Under the pieces are notes generated by a model that did not search any database, was not told the origin of the DNA, and was given only the letters and a program-made list of their open reading frames with translations. A stretch of 64,000 nucleotides of DNA from an uncultured Bacilli bacterium (lineage in GTDB: Bacteria; Bacillota_I; Bacilli_A; RF39; UBA660), in NCBI GenBank assembly GCA_934148535.1, contig CAKPDF010000001.1, positions 127,361-191,360 on the forward strand. Reading direction: 5' to 3'. Both the position numbers and the translations under genes were made by a program. Of this stretch, positions 41,399 to 49,996 are shown one piece after another (the stretch's first letter is position 1; each line of letters opens with the position of its first letter).

Positions 41399-42718
41399 TT
41401 ATTCATAGATTGAAAACTGACCAACTGAATATTTTAGATTGTATTTCTCTTTTGGGTATTCAATTATTTGCTTATTAGTTTGTCCTAAATCTTCTTCTTT
41501 ATAGTTTTCTACTATAAATATACAATTTTCTTTTTTACAGATTTTATCTATTTCTTCTATATACCCAAGGTATCCTTTATATCCCATGTTACCATTATTT
41601 ATTAAATCAAATTTATTTATTGTTTGATAATTTGCTAATTTAAGAAAATATGCATTTGATGATAGTACAAATAATTTTTTATTTTTATCTTGCTTTATTA
41701 TATTTAGACATGTCTTATAATTATTTAAATAGTTTTCTTGGCCTTCTGTTATTGTACGATTTTTTAATATATCATTTGTTTCATATTGATAAACTTGTTC
41801 TTTGTCTGTTATATATTTTAATCCTAATATTGATAGCAATGTGATATTAGTAAATAATATTAGATATAATACCATTTTTTTAGAAATAGTATTTTCTATC
41901 AAAAATACATATACTAAAGCGCATAGTCCTACAAAGAAATGATATTTATCGGCTATAGGGATAGTTATTATTTGAAATGCTACTCCATATAAATAATTTA
42001 TTTTTCTAGTTTTAATTATTTTATATATAAAATAGATACTAATACTTATTGTGATTATACTATATATTGAAAATGTCTTATTATTGTCAGTAAAGCTTAG
42101 CATTCCTAAAAAGCAATAATCAATAAATTGGTACAAAGCATTATTTAACATTAGGTATATCATAATTAATAATATTGGTATTATAAATGAAATAATTGTT
42201 TTCTTTTTATTCTTTGATTCTATTAATCCTGGTATTAATAAGGCTATGCCTATCGTTTGTTTAGTTAGAAATATTAAAGATATTATTAAGCCTATATAAA
42301 TGTCTTTTCTTTTACTTTTAGTTGTGTTAATCTCTAATAAAACTATATATAGAAAAAGAGAAAATAAATTATACGATGGTACATATCCTAATATTATTAT
42401 CGGATATAGCATTAATGATTTTATACCTATTTTTTTGTATGCTAATGTTAACATTATTCCTACTATTAAGGCATTATATATATGAAATATTTTAATACTA
42501 TCATTAAATAGCATAAACATTGGTAATATTGTTATTGGATATAATGGTGTTAATATCATATTGAAGTCTTTATATGGTATTAATCCATGATATATATTGT
42601 AGGCAAAGCCATAGTTCCATATCTCATCTCCTGTCATTTTTGCAATGTGAAAACTATAGATATAAGTTAACAATGTATATATTATAAATACTAATAAATA
42701 TTGATACTTCTTTTTCAT
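41399..42718 (-). CDS. polytopic membrane protein (439 aa, ~10 TM + C-terminal soluble domain), possibly polymerase/glycosyltransferase-like
   Basis: Hydrophobicity pattern only. Confidence 0.35.
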   Translation of the reverse strand: MKKKYQYLLVFIIYTLLTYIYSFHIAKMTGDEIWNYGFAYNIYHGLIPYKDFNMILTPLYPITILPMFMLFNDSIKIFHIYNALIVGIMLTLAYKKIGIKSLMLYPIIILGYVPSYNLFSLFLYIVLLEINTTKSKRKDIYIGLIISLIFLTKQTIGIALLIPGLIESKNKKKTIISFIIPILLIMIYLMLNNALYQFIDYCFLGMLSFTDNNKTFSIYSIITISISIYFIYKIIKTRKINYLYGVAFQIITIPIADKYHFFVGLCALVYVFLIENTISKKMVLYLILFTNITLLSILGLKYITDKEQVYQYETNDILKNRTITEGQENYLNNYKTCLNIIKQDKNKKLFVLSSNAYFLKLANYQTINKFDLINNGNMGYKGYLGYIEEIDKICKKENCIFIVENYKEEDLGQTNKQIIEYPKEKYNLKYSVGQFSIYE

Positions 42719-42778
42719 TTTGTCACCTTAAAATGATTATACTATAGTTTAGTAATATAATCAATATAGGTATTATTG

Positions 42779-43822
42779 TTATTCTATTGTTATTTGAAAT
42801 TTAGTTGCTGGTACTCCTAAGACTCCGGCATATCCATCTTGATTGTTAGTTTTTTCGTTATCATATTGCCAACTATAATTGTTTATTTTATATTTTGCTT
42901 TTTTATATGGTCTAATATTTTCTGGGGTATAATAATATACCTCTACTAAATCTATTATATTTCTTCCATCTCCAGCATAACCATTATTAATGTCGTTTAT
43001 ATTATATCCTGTTACATAAGGTAACCAACCTGAGTTTTTTATGTGTATTCTATATTTTATTTTACCTATATCTGTTTTTATTGCTATTGCGGTTATCGGA
43101 TCATTATGCCATCCTGCATAATCGTCTAGATTTTTTACTTCTGGGAGCCAATTATACTTCTTAGTTTTGACTTTATAGTAGACATTTACTTTTTTATTAT
43201 TAATATTAGGATTTATATCAGAAGAAATAATGTTATTTGTCATAGTATTTAAATCAACATTACCTATTATTCCTTCTATGGTTCCAGTGGATGAATATTG
43301 CCAGATATCATAATTTGAACTAATACTAGGCCTATTATTGCTATATTTAGCACACCATATAGAACTATTATTATTTTTTATTTTATTTATATCTAAATAC
43401 GTATTAAACCAATATTCATTAGCATATATTCCTGATTTATATCCTAGATTAGTTATTTGATTAGAAAAGTATTTTGCATAACTGGTTAGGGTATCTTTTC
43501 CTAGGTATGTAGTGCTATCATCTTCCATATCCAAGTATACGCAAAAGGGTTTCATACTAATTTTGGATAGTAATCTAATACAATGTTCTATTTCACTTTG
43601 AATACTTTCTTCTCCTTTTAAATTTTTAGCATATGAGTATAGGTATATTGCAAATGGTATGTTGTTGTTTATACATCCAGATACATTATTCATAAATTGT
43701 TTATCATCTTGAGATTCAATGTTATCTCCATAGCCACATCTTATTATTGCAAAATCTATATTATTTTTTACTAAATTCCAATTGATATTTCCTTGATAAG
43801 AACTTACGTCTATTCCTTTCAT
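42779..43822 (-). CDS. GH25 muramidase (lysozyme) with C-terminal repeat/cell-wall-binding-like region, no signal peptide
   Basis: MKGIDVSSYQGNINW...FAIIRCGYG GH25 catalytic N-terminus. Start placed at the ATG at 43820-43822 with a GGAGGTG SD, because the longer track ORF (to 44002) would run into tRNA-Leu. Confidence 0.7.
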   Translation of the reverse strand: MKGIDVSSYQGNINWNLVKNNIDFAIIRCGYGDNIESQDDKQFMNNVSGCINNNIPFAIYLYSYAKNLKGEESIQSEIEHCIRLLSKISMKPFCVYLDMEDDSTTYLGKDTLTSYAKYFSNQITNLGYKSGIYANEYWFNTYLDINKIKNNNSSIWCAKYSNNRPSISSNYDIWQYSSTGTIEGIIGNVDLNTMTNNIISSDINPNINNKKVNVYYKVKTKKYNWLPEVKNLDDYAGWHNDPITAIAIKTDIGKIKYRIHIKNSGWLPYVTGYNINDINNGYAGDGRNIIDLVEVYYYTPENIRPYKKAKYKINNYSWQYDNEKTNNQDGYAGVLGVPATKFQITIE

Positions 43823-43930
43823 TTTATCACCTCCTAATATAGAATAATCTTTTTTAACTATTTTGACTTTGCTTGTATCTAGATAAAAATAAAAATCCTT
43901 AATAAAATTAAGGACTAAATTTATAAAAAT

Positions 43931-44016
43931 TGGTACCAGCCAAGGGACTTGAACCCTTACGCCATCACTGGTAGTGGATTTTGAGTCCACCGCGTCTACC
44001 ATTCCGCCAGGCTGGC
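43931..44016 (-). tRNA. tRNA-Leu (anticodon CAA), type II with long variable arm, CCA encoded
   Basis: Manual fold: anticodon stem GTGGA/TCCAC, loop CTCAAAA, T-arm GGGTTCAAGTCCC, 3' ACCA. Confidence 0.85.
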
Positions 44017-44118
44017 ATTAATAAAATATATATTTATAATATCATATTTTTTTTGTTTTTTAAAGTATTTTTTGTATTTTTTTTAAAATAGCCAATATCT
44101 AGGGAAACAGATAAAAAA

Positions 44119-45945
44119 TTATCTGTTTTTTAAATACTCATCTAGTACCCTATCTAATTCAATTCTATCAATAGGTTTGGCTAAATAATCATTTAATCCA
44201 TAACTTAAATATTTTTCTTTCATTCCAGTTATTGCATTTGCTGTTAACATTACTACAGGAGTTTTAAAAAAGCTATTTTCTTTTAATTTATAGAATGTTT
44301 CTACTCCACTCATTTCTGGCATCATATCATCCATAAATATTAAATCATATTTGTTAGTTTTTATTTTCTCTAAGCAGTCTGTTCCACTTAAGCAACTATC
44401 TATTTGTAAGTTATATTTTTGTAATAATCTAGATGCTACTTTTATATTTAAGTTATTATCATCTACTATTAGTATTTTTTTATTTGAAAAATCTTTAGTT
44501 TGATTTGTTTCTTCTTTTTGATTTTCAACAATGCTATTAAGTGTTTTAATCTTTTGAGAAATTGTTACTTTGAATGTTGATCCTACTTTTTCTTTTGAGG
44601 ATAATGTTATTTTTCCATTTAACATTTCAGTTAAATTCTTAGTAATAGCAAGTCCTAATCCTGTTCCAGTAATTGTAGAATTTTTAACATTATCGTTTCT
44701 ATCAAATTTATTAAAGATTTTTTCTTGGTTTTCTTTTGATATTCCTATTCCAGTATCACTAACGGATATTTCAATAAGTGCTGTATCTTTTTTGTTATGT
44801 GATTTTATATTTAATTCAATAGTACCAACATCAGTATATTTTACAGCATTGGTCATTAGATTTGTTAATATTTCTTTTATTTTGTTAGCATCTCCATTTA
44901 ATATATATGGAATATCTTGTGAATAATTTGTTACTAGTTTTAATTTTTTGTTTTTTATTCTTGGTTCTATTAGTTTTACTACTTCTTCATAGATATCTTT
45001 CATTTTATAATCTATGTTGTTTATTTCCATATTTCCAGATTCTATTTTGCTGATATTTAAAATACCATTCATTATTTCTAATAGATTATTGCAAGAATAG
45101 ATAATATCTTTTGCTTCTTCTTTTGCTTGTTCTATTGTATTATCTTCTAATATGGCATTACTAAAACCTACTATGGCATTTAGTGGAGTTCTTATTTCAT
45201 GAGACATCGATGATAAAAACTCTGTTTTAGCATTATTTGCTTTTTCTGCGTTATTTTTAGCAAGTTCTAGTTCTTTTATCATTTTTACATCTTGATTTTC
45301 TAAAGTGTAATATATTAAATAATTAATTAATATGATTAGTATTGTATTTTCTATAATATTTGTATTGTATGCTAAATTATATAAATTGTATAAAAATAAC
45401 ATTATTGAACTTGTAATAACAATATTTCTTTTTAATTTATTTTTTCTATTAAGTATTATAGTTATTAATGATAGCAATGAATATATTATACAAAGTACAT
45501 AACTTGGTATTAGTGATGTTCCTTTTAATATAACTTTATTATTTTGGCATAATAAATTAACATTTAAAACAAATGTTAATACTATTCCTAAAACACTTGA
45601 CAGTATTGTTATATTTTTTACATCATTAATAAATTTTTTTCTTCTTTTTAGATATGTAGAAACTGTATATATGAATATACAATTTGCTAAAATAATTAAA
45701 ATACTTAGATTAATTTTTGTTAAAACTTCTAAAATATAGTTTTCAAAATTGTTTATATTTTGAAATTCTATATTCTTTATTAAAATACTTTTTACTATAA
45801 GTAAAATACTATCTACTAATCCTGTTATAATCATCAGAGAAAACACTTTGTTTTCTAGATAATTAAAATGTTTTTTTGAAAAATAAATAATACAAATTAG
45901 CAAGGAAAAGAAGGAAGTAAAGATTGATAATTCTACTTCATTCAT
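44119..45945 (-). CDS. hybrid sensor histidine kinase/response regulator
   Basis: Multi-TM N-terminus, HisKA H-box SHEIRTPLNAIVGFS, HATPase_c (GTGLGLAI), C-terminal receiver (ILIVDDNNLN...DLIFMDDMMPEMSG). Confidence 0.85.
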   Translation of the reverse strand: MNEVELSIFTSFFSLLICIIYFSKKHFNYLENKVFSLMIITGLVDSILLIVKSILIKNIEFQNINNFENYILEVLTKINLSILIILANCIFIYTVSTYLKRRKKFINDVKNITILSSVLGIVLTFVLNVNLLCQNNKVILKGTSLIPSYVLCIIYSLLSLITIILNRKNKLKRNIVITSSIMLFLYNLYNLAYNTNIIENTILIILINYLIYYTLENQDVKMIKELELAKNNAEKANNAKTEFLSSMSHEIRTPLNAIVGFSNAILEDNTIEQAKEEAKDIIYSCNNLLEIMNGILNISKIESGNMEINNIDYKMKDIYEEVVKLIEPRIKNKKLKLVTNYSQDIPYILNGDANKIKEILTNLMTNAVKYTDVGTIELNIKSHNKKDTALIEISVSDTGIGISKENQEKIFNKFDRNDNVKNSTITGTGLGLAITKNLTEMLNGKITLSSKEKVGSTFKVTISQKIKTLNSIVENQKEETNQTKDFSNKKILIVDDNNLNIKVASRLLQKYNLQIDSCLSGTDCLEKIKTNKYDLIFMDDMMPEMSGVETFYKLKENSFFKTPVVMLTANAITGMKEKYLSYGLNDYLAKPIDRIELDRVLDEYLKNR

Positions 45946-46035
45946 ATTGCTTTCCTACTTTCTAGGTATATAATTTTATCATAAAAAAATACTTTAGAAA
46001 AGTATTTTATAATTAGTTTACATATTTTTTACATT

Positions 46036-47295
46036 TTACCAATTTTTACCTTCTACTATCCTCGTGACTAGCATTGATGATGCTGTATCTCCTACTACGT
46101 TTAGCATTGTTGCTGGTGCATCTATTATTGTTGCTATAATTGTTAAGATTGGTAAGGCACTTTGAGGGTAGCCCATCATGCTTATTATTAACATTTCTGA
46201 TATAGTTCCTCCTCCTATTGGAACTGCCGCTATTAGGATGGTTGCAATTAGAGAAACTAGTACTATTTTAGCAATTAATGATACTCCTATTATTTGGGTA
46301 TTAAATAAAGATACTAAAAACATTATTTTAAATACACTACCAATAATTGAACCGTCTTTATGAAAGCTTGTTCCTAGTGGTATTGTTGTTTCTGCTATAT
46401 CATCTGGTATACCTATTTTCTTGGCACATTCTATGTTTATTGGAATAGATGCTGCTGAAGAACAGGTAGAGATAGATGTTAATGTTGCTGGTAATATATT
46501 TTTCCAATATTTTTTAACTCCTATAAATCCTTTTGAGATATATGCATATATTGTGTATATAATTAGGTAGAATAATATTGATACTATTAAATATATTACA
46601 AATGTTTTTAGATATCCAACTGCAATAGATGCTCCAAATGAACCTATTAGGGCTGCAAAATAACAACATATTCCTATTGGGGCATAATACATTATTATTT
46701 TAATTAAATTCATTGTCACTGTGGTTAAGGATTCTAATATTTTTATTAATGGCTTAGTTTTTTCTTTACTCATATTTAAGGAACAGCCAAACAAAAATGA
46801 AAACACTATTAGGGGAAGAATGTTATCTTTGGAAAGCAAGTCTTTAAAGTCATGTACTGTAAGTGCTTGAACTGTCCTTTCTAGTATATTGACTTCTAAA
46901 TCTTGAGTTTGATAATCTTTATCTAATGTTTCTAATATTTTAGCACTATCATCTACTTCGACTAATTTGGTAGTACTTGTTGCTATTAGGCCAATAAAAA
47001 CTGATACTAACGATGTTATTATAAATACTAAAAAGATTGTTCCTATTAATTTTTTTAATCTTTTTGGACTTTCCATCTTACTTATAGAAGTCGTAATTGT
47101 TAAAAATATTAAGGGCACTATAACAACATATAATAAATTTATAAAGATATCTCCTAATGGACTTAAAATTTTCGCATCATTTTTTAGTATTAATCCTAAA
47201 ATTGTTCCTATTATTATTGCTAGTATTAATATTAATGATTGTTTGTAGTTTTTAATTATTCTTTTTATCAAAATAATCACCTCTTTCATTAACAT
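46036..47295 (-). CDS. dicarboxylate/amino acid:cation symporter (DAACS family)
   Basis: 419 aa; multi-TM with hairpin-loop-like serine-rich segments (SISTCSSAASIPIN) typical of GltP/SstT-family transporters. Confidence 0.7.
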   Translation of the reverse strand: MLMKEVIILIKRIIKNYKQSLILILAIIIGTILGLILKNDAKILSPLGDIFINLLYVVIVPLIFLTITTSISKMESPKRLKKLIGTIFLVFIITSLVSVFIGLIATSTTKLVEVDDSAKILETLDKDYQTQDLEVNILERTVQALTVHDFKDLLSKDNILPLIVFSFLFGCSLNMSKEKTKPLIKILESLTTVTMNLIKIIMYYAPIGICCYFAALIGSFGASIAVGYLKTFVIYLIVSILFYLIIYTIYAYISKGFIGVKKYWKNILPATLTSISTCSSAASIPINIECAKKIGIPDDIAETTIPLGTSFHKDGSIIGSVFKIMFLVSLFNTQIIGVSLIAKIVLVSLIATILIAAVPIGGGTISEMLIISMMGYPQSALPILTIIATIIDAPATMLNVVGDTASSMLVTRIVEGKNW

Positions 47296-47390
47296 TATAT
47301 TCTATTTTGGTAATATTTTTTAGTTAGATAAATCCACACAATATTTTCGTAATATTTGTAAAATCCACATTTATATAGTATAATTATAAT

Positions 47391-48947
47391 GTGATATTTA
47401 TGAAGAAAAGTTTTGTTAAAATGAATGTTGATGACAAAGAATTATCTTTAGGTAACTTCTGCAGGTTGCTTAAGAGCTTGGCTGTTAATAAAAGTGCAGC
47501 TTTGCAAGTGGAGGTATTTTCTTGTTTATTTGATGTTGATAGTATTCAAGATACTACTGTTAATAATTATTGTATAGGACTTCGTTCTATTGGTGATGAA
47601 TATAAGCAAAAGTATTTAATATTAAAGAAGAAATATAATAAAGATAAATTTATTATGATTAATATTTGCCTTAGGATTGTTTCTATCTTGGATGGTAATT
47701 TATATTTTAATATTAGTAATAAGGATGGATATTTATTAATCAATTCTAATAAAAAAATTAAGGAATTTTGTTTAAAGTTATATAATATTGCTAAAAATGA
47801 TGCTAGTGTATCTTTGGAAGTTAGTGGTAGTATTTATTCTAAAATATGTGATGGTAACTTATATGAGGCTTTAGTTTATATATTGTTTTATATTATTTTA
47901 GAAAAAAAACAGCCTGTATATGAAGAGGATAAAAAGAAAGATGTGATTGAAAATTTATTAGCACAGTCAAAAATTTCTTCTTCTGATTTAGAGGACTATC
48001 TTAAATTAAAGTTTTGTGAGGGAAGTAATTATTATTTATCTTTGAAAAAACTTGCTAATAATGAAAATGCTTATGCTTGTTTTGAATTAGGATGTTTAGA
48101 ATATGAGGGTAATATTTTTGGAATACCTAGGTATGATGTTGCCTATTCTTATTTTTTAAAAGCTACAAAAATGGATCATCCATCGTCATATTATTATATT
48201 GGAAGAATGTATTTTAATGGAAATATTGGTTCAAGAAAAGATGAAGAGAAGAAAATGGCTTTTGATTATTTTAAGAGAGCTAGTGAACTTGGATGTATAA
48301 GTGCTTTTAACTCTTTGGGACTTTTTTATCTTAAGGGAATATATCCTGTAGAGAAAGATATTGATACTGCTATTAAATATTTTAAAAAAGCTAGTGGTAA
48401 TAATTATGTATATGCTTTTAATAATTTGGGATTAATAGAAGAAAAAAGAAATAATTATTCTATGGCGTTTGAATATTTTAAAAAGAGTGCTGATTTAGGA
48501 GAGAGTTGGGCTTGTAATAGAGTTGGTGAATACTATAGAAAAGGTGTATATGTTGATAAAAACATGGTAGATGCTTTTAATTATTACAATAAGGGATTAG
48601 ATGTTCCTAAGTTATATCTATGTTTTTATAATTTTTATAATTTGGCTAGATATTATTATTTAGAGGGATGTTTAGATATTGTAATTAGTCCTGATAAGAA
48701 TAAGGCTATGGAATATTTGATGGTTGCTAGTGATAATGGTATTATAGAAGCTAATATATTATTATTTTATTACTATATTGAATGTTATTTAAAAAATAAA
48801 GATTCTTCAAATTTAGCTTATGTTTATGAATATAAGAAAAAAATTGAAACTGATTCTCAATATAATAGTACTATTAAAAGAGATATAGAAAATGCATTAA
48901 AAAAAATATCAACTCATAATGATATTGATATTTCCTCTATTATTTAG
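47391..48947 (+). CDS. Sel1-repeat (TPR-like) protein
   Basis: C-terminal half contains >=6 tandem ~36-aa Sel1-like repeats (A..YF.KA...G...A.NNLG..Y..G.GV..D...A..YY.K...). Confidence 0.6.
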   Translation: MIFMKKSFVKMNVDDKELSLGNFCRLLKSLAVNKSAALQVEVFSCLFDVDSIQDTTVNNYCIGLRSIGDEYKQKYLILKKKYNKDKFIMINICLRIVSILDGNLYFNISNKDGYLLINSNKKIKEFCLKLYNIAKNDASVSLEVSGSIYSKICDGNLYEALVYILFYIILEKKQPVYEEDKKKDVIENLLAQSKISSSDLEDYLKLKFCEGSNYYLSLKKLANNENAYACFELGCLEYEGNIFGIPRYDVAYSYFLKATKMDHPSSYYYIGRMYFNGNIGSRKDEEKKMAFDYFKRASELGCISAFNSLGLFYLKGIYPVEKDIDTAIKYFKKASGNNYVYAFNNLGLIEEKRNNYSMAFEYFKKSADLGESWACNRVGEYYRKGVYVDKNMVDAFNYYNKGLDVPKLYLCFYNFYNLARYYYLEGCLDIVISPDKNKAMEYLMVASDNGIIEANILLFYYYIECYLKNKDSSNLAYVYEYKKKIETDSQYNSTIKRDIENALKKISTHNDIDISSII

Positions 48948-49381
48948 TTATATTTAAAGTTTGTTCTCATTTCTCTTTCTGTGTCTCTTTTCTTAATAGT
49001 TTCTCTCTTGTCATAATTTTTCTTACCTTTGCAAAGACCTAATAGTACTTTTGCTTTACTATTTTTAAAATATATTTTTAATGGTATTAAAGTATATCCT
49101 TCTAATGTTATTTTATTTGATAATTTCATTATTTCTTTTTTATGCATTAATAGTTTTCTGGTTCTATCTTCTTCATGATTAAAAATATTGCCTTTTTCAT
49201 ACGCTGATATGTGAGTATTTAATAAAAATAGTTCATTATTTCTTATGATTGCATAACTATCTTTTATATTGGCTTTACCTTCTCTTATAGATTTTATTTC
49301 AGTGCCTTTTAATACTATTCCAACTTCATATTCTTCTTCTATTTCATAATCATATCTTGCTTTTCTATTTAATATTTCCAT
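48944..49381 (-). CDS. smpB: SsrA-binding protein
   Basis: 145 aa; conserved SmpB core (NRKARYDYEI...GIVLKGTEIKS...LLMHK). Confidence 0.9.
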   Translation of the reverse strand: MEILNRKARYDYEIEEEYEVGIVLKGTEIKSIREGKANIKDSYAIIRNNELFLLNTHISAYEKGNIFNHEEDRTRKLLMHKKEIMKLSNKITLEGYTLIPLKIYFKNSKAKVLLGLCKGKKNYDKRETIKKRDTEREMRTNFKYN

Positions 49382-49410
49382 AGGACATTTTTCCTTTCTT
49401 TTATATGTTA

Positions 49411-49472
49411 ATTATATTATTATAATTTTATTTTGTCAATTTTTTGACAAAATGTGGAAGTTGTGCTATTAT
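49411..49472. promoter_or_regulatory. Back-to-back divergent sigma-A promoters inside a perfect palindrome. The minus-strand promoter is TTGACA(49434-49439)-17-TATAAT(49411-49416) for smpB. The plus-strand promoter is TTGACA(49444-49449)-17-TATTAT(49467-49472) for sRNA copy 1
   Basis: ttttgtcaa tttt ttgacaaaa (49431-49452) is a perfect 9-bp-arm palindrome supplying both -35 hexamers. Confidence 0.55.
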
Positions 49473-49603
49473 TAGTATGTAAGCAAGGAAACTTGCATAT
49501 ATTAAAAAAGGAACATTCGATTTTGCAAGTGAATGTCATCCTTAATTTTGTTTGGTGACACTCAGTTTAATGAGTGTCTTTTTATTATGTTTATTAGTAT
49601 TTT
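49465..49603 (+). repeat. Direct repeat copy A (~139 bp, ~90% identical to 49833-49975)
   Basis: Alignment by eye of gctattattagtatg...gacactcagtttaatgagtgtctttttattatgtttattagtattt. Confidence 0.8.
49479..49585 (+). ncRNA. Candidate small RNA, copy 1 (~105 nt), from promoter to intrinsic terminator; convergent with and directly abutting the 3' end of the 30-aa peptide ORF
   Basis: Own promoter; internal alternative stems (TGTAAG/CTTGCA versus ACTTGCA/TGCAAGT); terminator GACACTCA-gtttaa-TGAGTGTC + T5 (49557-49583); no ORF. Confidence 0.45.
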
Positions 49604-49686
49604 ATTACTAATATCAATAATATGGTAAGTAATAAAATTAGACATAGTAATTTTAATAATTTTAAAATAAATGTTTTTATCTTCAT
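49594..49686 (-). CDS. 30-aa hydrophobic peptide MKIKTFILKLLKLLCLILLLTILLILVIKY; type I toxin-like small membrane peptide
   Basis: Manual translation. Strong SD GGAGGTGG 5 nt upstream of the ATG. The SD is pairable with upstream CCTCCA (hairpin CCTCCA-9nt-TGGAGG at 49695-49715). Extended -10 promoter TGATATAAT at 49745-49753. Confidence 0.45.
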   Translation of the reverse strand: MKIKTFILKLLKLLCLILLLTILLILVIKY

Positions 49687-49744
49687 ACTTACCACCTCCA
49701 TTCTATTGTTGGAGGATGACACTCACATCAAATGTTCCTAGATA

Positions 49745-49777
49745 ATTATATCAGATATTTCTATTTTATTTTTACAA
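49745..49777 (-). promoter_or_regulatory. Extended -10 promoter (TGATATAAT) for the 30-aa peptide mRNA; weak -35 (TTGTAA at a 21-nt spacing)
   Basis: Revcomp of attatatca at 49745-49753; gives a ~55-nt structured 5'UTR. Confidence 0.4.
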
Positions 49778-49832
49778 TTTACTAACAGTATTCAAATTCA
49801 CTAGCAGTTACTTGATTTGTTATAACATTTAT

Positions 49833-49975
49833 GCTATTATTAGTATGCAAGCAAGGAAACTTGCATATATTAAAAAATGGAACATTCAATTTTGTAAGTG
49901 AATGTCATCCTCAATGTTTTTTTGGTTTTGACACTCAGTTTAATGAGTGTCTTTTTATTATGTTTATTAGTATTT
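49833..49975 (+). repeat. Direct repeat copy B (~143 bp)
   Basis: See copy A; differs by ~10 substitutions and a short T-tract insertion. Confidence 0.8.
49847..49957 (+). ncRNA. Candidate small RNA, copy 2 (~110 nt): promoter TTGATT(49812-49817)-17-TATTAT(49835-49840), terminator 49930-49956
   Basis: Same architecture as copy 1. Stem substitutions preserve pairing through G-U wobbles (TGCAAG/CTTGCA perfect, ACTTGCA/TGTAAGT wobble). Confidence 0.45.
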
Positions 49976-49996
49976 CTTAATTAGAAAAATAAGCAT

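Noticed and set aside
42779-44002. Long 407-aa version of the GH25 ORF starting at 44002
   Set aside because: Its first ~25 codons overlap the tRNA-Leu gene (43931-44016) and have no RBS. The internal ATG at 43822 has a strong GGAGGTG SD and begins exactly at the GH25 domain.
49381-49996. Searched for the tmRNA gene (ssrA) expected next to smpB
   Set aside because: No GGGG-start acceptor/T-arm (GGTTCGA-like) plus resume-codon architecture could be recognised by eye. The space is instead filled by the duplicated ~105-nt sRNA. Not called; needs a covariance-model scan.
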